Source: an uncultured Chloroflexia bacterium (lineage in GTDB: Bacteria; Chloroflexota; Anaerolineae; Anaerolineales; Anaerolineaceae). Taken from it: 32,000 bases of DNA. Under the pieces are notes generated by a model. That model was not told the origin of the DNA, searched no databases, and saw nothing but the letters and a program-made list of their open reading frames with translations. How positions within the stretch are numbered: position 1 is the first letter of the stretch; the number at the start of each line of letters is the position of its first letter. The translations under genes and the position numbers were made by a program. Positions 1-8,960 of the stretch are shown here, piece after piece. The stretch covers positions 990,001 through 1,022,000 of the forward strand of contig OY969938.1 of NCBI GenBank assembly GCA_963704755.1, in the 5' to 3' direction.

Positions 1-153
1 TCGACAAACTAAAGCGAGATAGAACCTGGAATATTTCTTTTCCGGGGATTGTGTCTGCATGAGGATAGACACACTCAATGCACACGTGTGCAGGATTGGA
101 TTGAATTGAACCGCAGAACCGGAACCACCCCACTGGACGCCCCTACCCTTACC

Positions 154-1794
154 ATGGACGAAACCCAATTAACCAGCCCCGCCGGTGAAGACCCCACAAC
201 CCTGGGCGAGCGCGATTTTTCATCTGCTCGGCAATCACCCGTGCTGCTGAAACTGAAAGGGATTTCCAAATCCTTCCCAGGGGTGCGTGCATTGAGCAAT
301 GTCCACCTGGAAATCCGCCGGGGTGAGGTGCATGCGTTATTGGGCGAAAACGGCGCCGGTAAATCCACCCTGATGAAAATTTTAGCCGGGGCCTACAACC
401 GCGACGACGGGCAAATCTACTGGGACGGGCAGCTTACCGAAATTCCCAATCCCAAAGCTGCGCAAGACCTGGGCATCGCCATTATTTACCAGGAATTCAA
501 CCTGGTGCCCCAGCTCAGCATTGCCGAAAATGTATGGATTGGCCGCGAACGTTTCAGCCACAAGGCCCTGCGCCTGATTGACTGGCCGGCTACATACGAG
601 CAGACCCAGAAACTGCTGGACGAACTCGACCTGGATTTGGACCCAAAGCGGCCTGTCTCAGGCCTGGGGGTCGCTATGCAGCAAATGGTCGAGATCGCCA
701 AAGCCCTTTCCCTCAACGCCCGTCTGCTGATCATGGATGAACCCACCAGCGCGCTAGCCGATCACGAAATCGAGCAGTTATTTGCAATCATCCGCAAACT
801 AAAAGCCCGCGGGGTTTCAGTCATCTTCATTTCGCACCACCTGGAAGAGGTCTTCCGGATTTGCGACCGGGGTACCGTGCTGCGCGACGGCGAATTTATA
901 AAAACTGTCGATTTGGCCAACTCCAACCGTGAAGAATTGATCCAGCTCATGGTTGGCCGCAGCCTGGAGCAGCAATTTCCTAAAGTCCTCCCCAACCGGG
1001 GGCAAGAAGCCCTGCGAGTAGAAAACCTGAGCTGGCAGAACATCTTGCACGACATCAGCTTTTCGGCCTACACCGGTGAGATTTTGGGCTTCGCCGGCTT
1101 GATCGGCGCCGGCCGGACCGAGCTGATGAAAGCCATCTTTGGGGATTACCAGCCGGATTACGGGAAAATATTTATCTTCGGCCGCGAGACCAAAATCGGT
1201 TCGCCCGAAGCCGCGATCAAAGAAGGTATCGGTTTGCTGCCTGAAGACCGCAAACAGGAAGGCCTGGTCCTGCTCCTGTCCGTCCTGGAGAACATCAGCA
1301 TGGCCAGCCTGGGGCGTGTAAAAGGCAGAGGCGGCCTGCTCAATTTAAAAACCGAAAAAGTTGAAGTGGGCGACTATATCGACCGCCTGCGAATCAATAC
1401 CCCAGGAATTTATCAACAAGTGCAATATTTGAGCGGGGGCAATCAACAAAAAGTCGTTTTGGCCAAGTGGCTGGCCAGCCATTCACGTATTTTGATTTTC
1501 GACGAGCCGACCCGCGGGATCGATGTCGGCGCCAAAATAGAAGTCTATACCCTGATGAACAGCCTGGTCCAAAATGGTGTGGCAGTAATCATGGTTTCGT
1601 CTGAAATGCCAGAGGTCCTGGGCATGAGCGACCGGATCCTGGTCATGCACGAAGGCCGCCTCAGCGCGGAGTTTACCCGCGAAGAAGCGACTCAGGAAAA
1701 AGTTCTTGCAGCAGCAATGGGAGAAATTTTAAGATGGCCAGAATTCAAGCTACCATGGATGACGTCAAGTCCCGGCTACCTTTTTCAGGCATAG
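154..1794 (+). CDS. Sugar (CUT2 / ribose-galactoside type) ABC transporter ATP-binding protein with duplicated NBDs
   Basis: ORF 49..1794; the likely ATG is at 154 (MDETQ...). NBD1 has Walker A GENGAGKST, signature-like VAMQQMVEIAKAL and Walker B LLIMDEPT. NBD2 has GLIGAGRTE, LSGGNQQKV and ILIFDEPTRGIDV. The exact start is uncertain. Confidence 0.9.
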   Translation: MDETQLTSPAGEDPTTLGERDFSSARQSPVLLKLKGISKSFPGVRALSNVHLEIRRGEVHALLGENGAGKSTLMKILAGAYNRDDGQIYWDGQLTEIPNPKAAQDLGIAIIYQEFNLVPQLSIAENVWIGRERFSHKALRLIDWPATYEQTQKLLDELDLDLDPKRPVSGLGVAMQQMVEIAKALSLNARLLIMDEPTSALADHEIEQLFAIIRKLKARGVSVIFISHHLEEVFRICDRGTVLRDGEFIKTVDLANSNREELIQLMVGRSLEQQFPKVLPNRGQEALRVENLSWQNILHDISFSAYTGEILGFAGLIGAGRTELMKAIFGDYQPDYGKIFIFGRETKIGSPEAAIKEGIGLLPEDRKQEGLVLLLSVLENISMASLGRVKGRGGLLNLKTEKVEVGDYIDRLRINTPGIYQQVQYLSGGNQQKVVLAKWLASHSRILIFDEPTRGIDVGAKIEVYTLMNSLVQNGVAVIMVSSEMPEVLGMSDRILVMHEGRLSAEFTREEATQEKVLAAAMGEILRWPEFKLPWMTSSPGYLFQA

Positions 1795-2750
1795 CCAGCC
1801 TGGGCAGTTTTATCGCCAGGTTTGGGGCGCTCTTTGGCTTGTTGATCCTGGTTGTATTTTTATCGATCAGTTCCAAGGTTTTCCTCACCTCGGATAACCT
1901 TTCCAACATTGTCCGCCAGGCAACTGTGAATGCCCTGTTGGCTGCCGGGATGTTGCTGACCATCATCACGGCCGGCATCGACCTGTCGGTTGGCTCGATC
2001 CTGGCCGTTTCGATGTGTACCCTGGCCATCATGGTCATCAAATGGAACATCAACCCGTTTATCGCCATGATCCTCAGCGTCCTGGTCGGCGGATTGGTCG
2101 GTTGGGTCAACGGCATCCTGCTGACCAAGCTGCACCTGCCTCACCCGTTCATATCCACCCTGGGCACCATGAACGTGGCCCGCGGCCTGGCCTTGATTAT
2201 CACCGCCGCCTCGCCCATTTCGGGTTTCGACCGGGCCGGTGCACCCCAGGTGCTGTTCCTCGGAGCCGGCTCGCTGGGGCCGATCCCAATAGCGCTGTTC
2301 GTCATCATCCTGGTTTATCTCCGATTTAACCTGCTGTTGAAAAATTCCGCCTTGGGCAGGCATATCTATGCCATTGGCGGTAACCAATCTGCGGCGCGGC
2401 TCTCGGGCATCAACGTTAACCGCACGCTGGTGATCGTGTACAGTCTCAGCGGGCTCATGGCCGGCCTGGCCGCTTTGATGCTGGCCGGTCGGACCAATTC
2501 AGGCTTCCCCACAGCAGGCGAAGGCTACGAGTTGGATGCAATCGCCGCCGTGATCATCGGTGGAGCCAGTTTTGCCGGCGGGTCAGGCACGATCGGTGGT
2601 ACCGCTATCGGGGTGCTTTTGATCGCGGTTTTGCGGAACGGATTGGTTTTACTCAACGTGCCCACCGAATGGCAGACGGTCGCGATTGGCCTGGTGATCA
2701 TCGGCGCGGTGTATGTAGATGTGCTGCGCCAGCGCGCCAGCCGCAAATAG
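1734..2750 (+). CDS. Sugar ABC transporter permease (RbsC/AraH-like, CUT2 family)
   Basis: 338-aa polytopic hydrophobic protein with TIITAGIDLSVGS and GGASFAGGSGTIGG motifs typical of CUT2 permeases. GGGAGA lies 9 nt upstream of ATG 1734. It overlaps the ATPase 3-prime end by 61 nt; an alternative ATG is at 1755. Confidence 0.85.
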   Translation: MARIQATMDDVKSRLPFSGIASLGSFIARFGALFGLLILVVFLSISSKVFLTSDNLSNIVRQATVNALLAAGMLLTIITAGIDLSVGSILAVSMCTLAIMVIKWNINPFIAMILSVLVGGLVGWVNGILLTKLHLPHPFISTLGTMNVARGLALIITAASPISGFDRAGAPQVLFLGAGSLGPIPIALFVIILVYLRFNLLLKNSALGRHIYAIGGNQSAARLSGINVNRTLVIVYSLSGLMAGLAALMLAGRTNSGFPTAGEGYELDAIAAVIIGGASFAGGSGTIGGTAIGVLLIAVLRNGLVLLNVPTEWQTVAIGLVIIGAVYVDVLRQRASRK

Positions 2751-2856
2751 ACTGCCAGTAAATTCCCTCAGGAGGTGCAGATCCCCTCAATTCTGTCCAG
2801 CACGATGCAAAGGAAAGATGTTCCGTATCCGCTATCTGCTCGGGATAATTCGAAAT

Positions 2857-2911
2857 GTTCAATTGGATGTGTTTGCGGCCGCCTGGCGGCTGTAAACACA
2901 TCCAATTGAAC
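2857..2911. repeat. Intergenic long hairpin (ttggatgtgt family)
   Basis: gttcaattggatgtgtttgc (2857-2876) pairs with gtaaacacatccaattgaac (2892-2911). There is one G-T mismatch, and the GC-rich loop ggccgcctggcggct is itself partly palindromic. It lies between the permease and binding-protein genes. Confidence 0.8.
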
Positions 2912-2961
2912 GGCCTGATACAAACGAGCAGTTCAATATTCCACATATCTATGGAGGAGTT

Positions 2962-3939
2962 ATGCGAGCCAATTTACGAAAGTCGATCGTTATTTGCCTG
3001 GTGACAGGACTCTTACTGGCAGCATGCAGCCAGGCCACCGCTACCCCCGCCCCAACCGCCGCCGCGGATCAAGGGACTACCTCGGGTGATAAACCGGTAA
3101 AAATCGCCGTGGTCGTCAAAGCCGTGACCAGTGATTACTGGAAACTGGTTGGGCAAGGCGTTCAGGACGCCATGACCCAGGACCCCAGCATCACCGCCAC
3201 CTTCCTGGGCCCCAATGAAGAGACCGACGTCGAAGGCGAGATTCGGATCATCGAGGCGCAGATATCGGCCAAAGTGGATGCCATCGCCGTGGCTCCCAGC
3301 CAGGCTGACCAGGTTGCCCCCACTTTGCAAAAAGCGGTCGACGCCGGCATTCCGGTCGTGTTGATCGACACCGATATTTCCACCTTCACCGCTAAAAGCG
3401 CTTTCGTCGGCACTGACAACGAATTGGGCGGAGAACTGGCCGGCCAGTTTATCGCCACCAAGCTCCAATCTGGCGACCAGGTTGCCATCATCCGCGGCGC
3501 CGCCGGCGACCCGGTCCACAACCTGCGCGAACAAGGCGCCACCAAAGCCCTCACCGATGCCGGCCTGAAGGTCGTGGCCGTCCAGCCGGCCAACAGCGAC
3601 CGCGCCATGGGCCAAACAGTCGCAGAAAACCTGCTGACCGCCAACCCGGATTTGAAGGCCATTTACGCCACCAACGATGAGATGGCCCTGGGCGCCGTCA
3701 ACGCGGCCAAAGCCGCCGGCAAAAGCCTGGTGATCGTCGGTTTCGATGCCTCTCCCGATGGGCTGCAAGCCATTAAAGATGGCTCCCTGTCCGCCTCGGT
3801 AGCCCAATTCCCCACCAAGATCGGTGAGCTGGGTACTCTCACAGCCGCAGCCGTCGCTCGCGGCCAATCCGTTGATTCCTTCGTCAACACCGGTGTCCAG
3901 GTCGTGACCAGCGAAAATCTCAGCGATTTCCTGAAATAG
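2962..3939 (+). CDS. Sugar ABC transporter substrate-binding lipoprotein (periplasmic binding protein type I)
   Basis: GGAGG RBS sits 4 nt upstream of the ATG. The signal peptide has a lipobox (LLLAAC). KIAVVVKAVTSDYWK, GIPVVLIDTD and IVGFDASPDG are typical of RbsB-like binding proteins. Confidence 0.85.
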   Translation: MRANLRKSIVICLVTGLLLAACSQATATPAPTAAADQGTTSGDKPVKIAVVVKAVTSDYWKLVGQGVQDAMTQDPSITATFLGPNEETDVEGEIRIIEAQISAKVDAIAVAPSQADQVAPTLQKAVDAGIPVVLIDTDISTFTAKSAFVGTDNELGGELAGQFIATKLQSGDQVAIIRGAAGDPVHNLREQGATKALTDAGLKVVAVQPANSDRAMGQTVAENLLTANPDLKAIYATNDEMALGAVNAAKAAGKSLVIVGFDASPDGLQAIKDGSLSASVAQFPTKIGELGTLTAAAVARGQSVDSFVNTGVQVVTSENLSDFLK

Positions 3940-3951
3940 TTCAATTTACTG

Positions 3952-4003
3952 CTCGAATATAAACAAACGCCCGGCAGCCGCCGGGCGTTTGTTTATATTC
4001 GAG
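3952..4003 (+). terminator. Long perfect hairpin downstream of the ABC operon (putative terminator)
   Basis: Perfect 24-bp stem: ctcgaatataaacaaacgcccggc (3952-3975) with gccgggcgtttgtttatattcgag (3980-4003), 4-nt loop agcc. It lies 13 nt after the stop codon. There is no clean U-tract after the stem, so intrinsic-terminator function is assumed rather than shown. Confidence 0.6.
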
Positions 4004-4334
4004 GTTCTCGGCCGAGAAGGCGGCTTATTTTACCAAATGTTAATCAACACTTTGAAAACCCTTAAAGTTTACTGATTATGATAAATAAGATGGTCACGTG
4101 ATAGAACAGAATATGAAATCATCGCTGAAACACCTAGAAAAACAACAATCCCAGGGAATAAGATTTTCTCCCTGTTAAGTCAGGCGCGCCAGGTTGCAAA
4201 ATAACCCGGTGCGCTTTTTATTTATCCCATCTCTGGTGGTCCTATCTGTGAATTTGCAAACCCCGACCCTTAAAAACAAGCTTTTCACTGTTGCACAATT
4301 ACAGTTTTTACCGGCTGAAAACCGGCAGTATCAT

Positions 4335-5954
4335 ATGGAATTAAAGGATCTCAATTTTTCAAGTTGTTGTATGGATGCCGACACCCTGGTCAGCGATATT
4401 GCCAACCAGTTCAACAAGAATCCCGGCCTATCGGGTGTAATTTTGACGAAGCAAGGGCATTTCACCGGCATCCTATCGCGAGACCGCTGTTTCGAGGCCT
4501 TGGGGCGCCCATTTGGTATTGAGATTTACTCCCGCCGGACCGGGATCGAGTTCTACCGCCAGATCGGCGTTCCCGCGCTCATCCTGGATGCGGCTACCAG
4601 TGTCCAGGTCGCCGTGAAAACCGCGCTCTCGCGTAAGCCGGAAGACATCTACGACCCGATCGTTCTGCGCCTGAACGACCACGGGTATGGCCTGATCGAT
4701 ATGCACACCATCCTTTTGGCCCAGTCCGAGCTGATGGAAAACCTATACGAAGAAGTCCAGTTGCTCTCGACCAAAGATCCCCTGACCAATATCAACAACC
4801 GGCGGGGCTTTCTGGAAGCGGCCGAACCGGCCATCAGCACGGCTCTCGATCACCAATCCGATCTGTCTGCGTTTATGGTCGATATCGACCATTTTAAAAT
4901 TGTGAATGATATTTACGGCCATTTCGTAGGCGACCGGGTGATTTGCGCCGTAGCCGCCGAATGTCAGAAGAGCATCCGCCACACTGACCTGTTGGGCCGC
5001 TTCGGAGGCGAAGAATTTATGGTGCTTCTGCCCAACACGCCCCTGGAAACGGCGCAATTTGTGGCCGAACGGGTGCGCTCGCGGATCGAGAACCTGATGA
5101 TTTACGTGGATGGCTATCAGATTTCGGTAACGGTCAGCATCGGCATTTGCAGCATGAAGGATTCGCGCGAATCCCTCGATCATTTGCTGACCCAAACCGA
5201 CCAGGCCATGTATGCCGCCAAATGGAGCGGGCGTAACCAGATCATCACCTGGGATGCCCTCCTGAGCCAAAAACTGAGACAGAATGGCTCGATCCTGGAG
5301 ACCTTTGGGGACGACCCTGCCCGGAACTGGTTCTACAGCCATAATGGCGCCACACGGATCTACGACGAGACGATCGAAGGTTGGGCGCATGCCCTTGAGC
5401 TGCGGGATAAAGAAGCCGAAGGCCATGCTAAAAGGGTCTCGAATATGGCCGTTGAACTGGCCGGGCGCGTGGGCGTCAATGAAGAGCAACTGGTGGATAT
5501 CCGCCGGGGAGCGCTGCTGCATGACATCGGCAAAATTGCCGTTCCGGATAATATCCTGTTCAAACCAGGCGCACTGACCGAAGAAGAGTGGGAACTTATG
5601 CGCAAACATCCCGTGTACGCCTATGAGCTGCTTTCGCCAATTGCGTACCTGAAAAATTCCATCGACATCCCCTATTGTCACCACGAGCATTGGGATGGGA
5701 GCGGGTATCCGCGCGGGCTCAAAGAGACCGAGATTCCTCTATCCGCGCGCATATTCACGATCATCGACGTTTGGGACGCGCTCAGCACCGATCGCTGTTA
5801 TCGGCCGGCCTGGCCGCCGGATGAAGTCAAGCAGTATATTCAGAACGAATCAGGCAAGTTATTCGACCCAGACATTGTACCGATCTTTTTAACAATACTG
5901 GATGAAAAAGCGCATCTTTCGGCAACGAAAGAGACGGCTGAAAACTTCGTGTAA
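4335..5954 (+). CDS. Bifunctional c-di-GMP enzyme: N-terminal CBS-like sensor, GGDEF diguanylate cyclase, HD-GYP phosphodiesterase
   Basis: GGDEF domain: RRGFLEAAE and GRFGGEEFMVLLP (intact GGEEF). HD-GYP domain: HAKRVSNMA, LLHDIGKIAVPD, HHEHWDGSGYPRGL. The ORF track starts at TTG 4194; the first ATG is at 4335 (MELKDL...). The start is uncertain. Confidence 0.88.
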   Translation: MELKDLNFSSCCMDADTLVSDIANQFNKNPGLSGVILTKQGHFTGILSRDRCFEALGRPFGIEIYSRRTGIEFYRQIGVPALILDAATSVQVAVKTALSRKPEDIYDPIVLRLNDHGYGLIDMHTILLAQSELMENLYEEVQLLSTKDPLTNINNRRGFLEAAEPAISTALDHQSDLSAFMVDIDHFKIVNDIYGHFVGDRVICAVAAECQKSIRHTDLLGRFGGEEFMVLLPNTPLETAQFVAERVRSRIENLMIYVDGYQISVTVSIGICSMKDSRESLDHLLTQTDQAMYAAKWSGRNQIITWDALLSQKLRQNGSILETFGDDPARNWFYSHNGATRIYDETIEGWAHALELRDKEAEGHAKRVSNMAVELAGRVGVNEEQLVDIRRGALLHDIGKIAVPDNILFKPGALTEEEWELMRKHPVYAYELLSPIAYLKNSIDIPYCHHEHWDGSGYPRGLKETEIPLSARIFTIIDVWDALSTDRCYRPAWPPDEVKQYIQNESGKLFDPDIVPIFLTILDEKAHLSATKETAENFV

Positions 5955-5980
5955 AGTAAAAGTATGCTCAGGAGGTCTCG

Positions 5981-6637
5981 ATGATCGCTCTGTATGAAGA
6001 ACTGTTTCTATTGACGCTGACCGAACGCAAAAGCGGCAGCGTCATCCTCTCCAAATCCGATTCGCTTCCCTACACACTGGCCGGAGCGACCCTGCTGGAG
6101 TTAATCTTCTCCAACAAGATCCAGCTCGAAAATAAAAGTAAAGTCGTTCTTCTGGATGCCACGCCCCTGGGCAATTCTTTTCTGGATAACGTATTGGAAA
6201 AGATCGCGGCCAGCGAGAAGCCCAAAAAACTGGCCTTCTGGATCGAGAATTTAGGGGCAAAGAGCAAGAAACAGCAAAAAGAATTGATTGCCCACCTGGC
6301 TCAAGAAGGCATCCTTACTATCGACGAGAAACGCTATTTGTGGGTGATTCCCTACGCCGAATATAACGAAAAAGATGCCTCGGCCAAATATCTCATCAAA
6401 AACCATCTACGCGATATCGTCCTGGCCGGCGCGAAGCCCGACCAGCGCGGCACGGCCCTGCTGAGCCTGATCAACGCCTGCGGGTTACTCAAGCACATCT
6501 TCACTGTGGATGAACTGAAAGTTGCCGCCCTGCGAGTGGAGGAACTGGTGCAGGACGAGGCCGTTGGCCAGGCCGTCATCGAAGTCATCGAAAACGTCAG
6601 TATGACAATCATCGCCGTTATGGCGGCCACATCGTAA
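5981..6637 (+). CDS. GPP34 / GOLPH3 (Vps74)-family protein
   Basis: The N-terminus LYEELFLLTLTERKSG and the overall 218-aa helical layout match the bacterial GPP34 family as I remember it. AGGAGG RBS lies 6 nt upstream. It starts 26 nt after the GGDEF/HD-GYP gene. Confidence 0.6.
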   Translation: MIALYEELFLLTLTERKSGSVILSKSDSLPYTLAGATLLELIFSNKIQLENKSKVVLLDATPLGNSFLDNVLEKIAASEKPKKLAFWIENLGAKSKKQQKELIAHLAQEGILTIDEKRYLWVIPYAEYNEKDASAKYLIKNHLRDIVLAGAKPDQRGTALLSLINACGLLKHIFTVDELKVAALRVEELVQDEAVGQAVIEVIENVSMTIIAVMAATS

Positions 6638-6655
6638 TTTGTTATAAAGAGGAGT

Positions 6656-6698
6656 TTTTTTATTATTCGTGCTGCAAAGAAGCACGAATAATAAAAAA
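6656..6698. terminator. AT-rich palindrome between convergent genes (putative bidirectional terminator; tttttattatt family)
   Basis: ttttttattattcgtgct (6656-6673) pairs with agcacgaataataaaaaa (6681-6698), an 18-bp stem flanked by T-run and A-run. The family flank cccgagtagttac is at 6730-6742. Confidence 0.7.
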
Positions 6699-6765
6699 TT
6701 CCTGACTGTTCAGCCTGGCGGAGAATAAACCCGAGTAGTTACAAAAACTCCCTTAATTGCCTATT

Positions 6766-7795
6766 TTAGCGGTTGTCGCTAAGTTGAAGCTGCCGTACGA
6801 AACGCTGCCCGCGCTGCGGGTGCTTGATATCCTTTAGCGGGATATTCACTAGGCGTTTACAGATTTTAGCAATCCGCTCGGCGGAGGTGCCGTTGTTCTG
6901 TAACGGGGTCAGGCTGCGCAGCATGGATAAGTCGAAGTTCGAATAGACTTCCTTACCCAGGGCAATACCGGTATACACCACCGTGGAATACTGGGTGACC
7001 AGCACGTCGCAGTTGGCGATCATGTGGTTCGTATTCCCATCCGTAAATATCGGCGCATCCGGAAAGACCATACGGATTTCGCGTTCGGCCCGAGCGACAT
7101 TCTCGTTGGGGTGCAGCTTGAAAATCACCGGCCTTGTTCCGGCAATTTGTTTCACGTTTTGCAGAAACTGGATGCGATTATCCGGCCGGCCGGTCTCGCG
7201 CACGCTGGAAGTGGCCACCAGGACATAATTCCTGTGCGGGAAAGGATTGTCCAGGTAGGCCCTGACGTTGTCGTAATTGGGAATACCGGTAACGATGACT
7301 TTCTTCTGCTTTAACCCCCTTGCGGATGAAGAAATCACGGTAGCCCGGAGAAGCCACACAAAAAACGTCGTAAGAATCCGAAAGCCCCGTGGCGGCTGTG
7401 TTGGCCAGGTAGCGCGGCAGGTTCAGGTTGCGTACCAGGTGATAAACCCAGGTCTCCGGTTCGGTAATGCCTTCTTGCACCAGCACCAACCGTTTGCCGT
7501 GGACATTACGTGGGACAAAGAGATCCGTACAGGTCACCACCAGATCGTACTTATGGCGCTTGCCGCCCACATCCACCGGCAGGTTATTATGCTTTAAGTA
7601 ATCCTGGGTGGCTTTACGGTGCGAGCCCCCCAGGATGGTAAATTCTAACAAGCCGGCCTTACGCAGCCATTCAAGATTGCCATCCGCATAAAACGGCGTG
7701 AAGTAGCACGACATATCCGTCATTTGGCCGGCAATTTTATGCATCATCGTGGTCTGGTTGAGAGACCCGCAAATAAATAAGGCTTTTTTCCTCAT
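6766..7795 (-). pseudogene. GT-B-fold transferase-like gene (TagF/KpsS-like), disrupted by a 1-nt frameshift
   Basis: Two overlapping minus-strand ORFs (7178..7795 and 6766..7359) are offset by one frame. Reading ...FFIRKG then LKQKKVIVTGIPNYDN... is continuous if one G is removed from the G5 run (ccccc at 7315-7319 on +). The C-terminal part has FKLHPNE and CDVLVTQYSTV, reminiscent of CDP-glycerol glycerophosphotransferase-type enzymes. The family call is weak. Confidence 0.6.
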
Positions 7796-7827
7796 GTATG
7801 GGTGAGTTGTGCGGTATTAAAGTACTT

Positions 7828-8592
7828 CTAGTAAGATTGTTCGCTGGCCAAACGGCGCGAAAAACGAGTATAGGTCAAGGGGAACTCGGGATCGGCATTC
7901 CAGGCCGCCCAACCCAGCTTGCGCAGGATGATCCGCGGAACGTAAGACTTGATCACTCCCGCGGCGCCCAGGCCCTCACCTCTACGGACGACCGTCTCGT
8001 GGTTGATCAGCGCCAGGCGCACATCCTGAGCCGTTTTGCCTTCGAATTCAGACGAGCCATGGCCGATCATCTCCAACAGGTGTGAATCGCTGTTGCCGCA
8101 TTGGGCCAGCGGCAGTTGCCGGGATTGGATAATCACTTCCGGGTTGCTGCGGGTATAAATCAGGCCACCGTTAAAGGCTTCCACGCCAACCAGGGTCCTG
8201 GCCACCCGCGGATCCTCCAGCGCCGCGCGGATCGTCTCGAAGCGCAGGCTGTTGACCCCACGCGCCATGGGGTGGGCCGCCACGCACAGGCCGTTCATCT
8301 CACCGACGCGCAAGACCGTCTGGGACAAAGAAAGACCGGCCTGGATTGGCCGGTCGATGAATAGACATAAAAGGTGCCCGTCTGCTGTGGAGACCTCACA
8401 CCCGGGGATCACTTCCACCCCGTAGTATGGCGCCAGGTCCATTGCTTCGTGCACGCCTCGTACCGTGTCATGGTCGGTAATCGCGATTACGTTCAGGTCA
8501 GTGCGGTCGGCAGTGTGTTTCAGAATCGCTGATATCGTCGATGTTCCATCGTAACTATAAATGCTATGGATGTGTAAATCTGCGAAACCCAT
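7828..8592 (-). CDS. PHP-domain metal-dependent phosphoesterase
   Basis: MGFADLHIHSIYSYDG, VIAITDHDTVRG and GNSDSH motifs. ATG at 8592 is preceded by GAGAGGAG. The longer ORF to 8649 looks like a spurious extension. Confidence 0.85.
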   Translation of the reverse strand: MGFADLHIHSIYSYDGTSTISAILKHTADRTDLNVIAITDHDTVRGVHEAMDLAPYYGVEVIPGCEVSTADGHLLCLFIDRPIQAGLSLSQTVLRVGEMNGLCVAAHPMARGVNSLRFETIRAALEDPRVARTLVGVEAFNGGLIYTRSNPEVIIQSRQLPLAQCGNSDSHLLEMIGHGSSEFEGKTAQDVRLALINHETVVRRGEGLGAAGVIKSYVPRIILRKLGWAAWNADPEFPLTYTRFSRRLASEQSY

Positions 8593-8846
8593 CGATAATC
8601 TCCTCTCAAGGAATTTATGCGTGTGGCAATAACGGCAACACCACCGCAAAATCAGGTTAATTCAACACCGCTTTTCTTAGCTAATCCAATCCCCTTAAGC
8701 GTCCAAATCCTTTTCAAGATCTGTTTTTGCCGGATTAGCATGAATTGTCAAACTTGTACTTCCTTAGTTAAGATAGCGCGTGAGTATTAACGGATAATCA
8801 AGAAACCGTTAATAAACGGCGGTCATCCATTTAAGGTTAAATTATC

Positions 8847-8957
8847 GTAACTACTCAGCCACTGTAGAGGATGAGGGTGTTTTTTATTATTTTTGTGTGC
8901 TTTGCACACAAAAATAATAAAAAACACCCGATCCCTCCATAGTAGCTGAGTAGTTAC
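8847..8957. repeat. 111-bp imperfect palindromic element (tttttattatt family) immediately downstream of the protease operon
   Basis: Perfect 26-bp core stem: gggtgttttttattatttttgtgtgc (8875-8900) with gcacacaaaaataataaaaaacaccc (8904-8929), loop ttt. Outer arms gtaactactcagc (8847-8859) and gctgagtagttac (8945-8957). It probably terminates the 18465-8961 operon. Confidence 0.8.
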
Positions 8958-8960
8958 TTT

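Noticed and set aside
49-153. N-terminal extensions offered by the ORF track: 49 for the ABC ATPase, 4194 (TTG) for GGDEF/HD-GYP, 8649 for PHP, 17133 for the 3-TM protein, 23768 for DUF1801, 27409 for the GltD-like gene, 28127 for the NfnA-like gene and 30409 for the NuoG-like gene.
   Set aside because: In each case an internal ATG sits at the point where family-typical sequence begins. That ATG also has a better RBS or a stop/start coupling with the upstream gene. The extensions are unconserved-looking or overlap hairpins or neighbouring genes. The 4194 and 49 cases remain genuinely uncertain.
3013-3867. Long antisense or alternative-frame ORFs inside well-supported genes: 3013..3867, 4743..5690, 9062..9529, 10344..11024, 12410..13021, 13100..13804, 15185..15865, 15634..16353, 24248..25024, 27813..28325 and 31042..31971.
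   Set aside because: They are typical GC-rich shadow ORFs with Arg/Gly/Pro/Ala-rich low-complexity translations and no recognisable motifs. Each fully overlaps a gene that has clear family signatures on the other strand or frame.
154-3939. Naming the transporter genes rbsA, rbsC and rbsB (ribose).
   Set aside because: CUT2 transporters for ribose, xylose, galactose, autoinducer-2 and other sugars are not distinguishable by eye from sequence. No rbsK, rbsD or rbsR is adjacent, so the substrate is left open.
4052-4082. Possible sigma-70 promoter upstream of the GGDEF/HD-GYP gene: TTGAAA (4052-4057) with GATTAT (4074-4079, 16-nt spacer) or TATGAT (4077-4082, 19-nt spacer).
   Set aside because: The region is AT-rich, so such hexamers arise by chance. 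The spacing is suboptimal for either -10 choice, and the organism's promoter consensus is unknown. It is not annotated as a feature.
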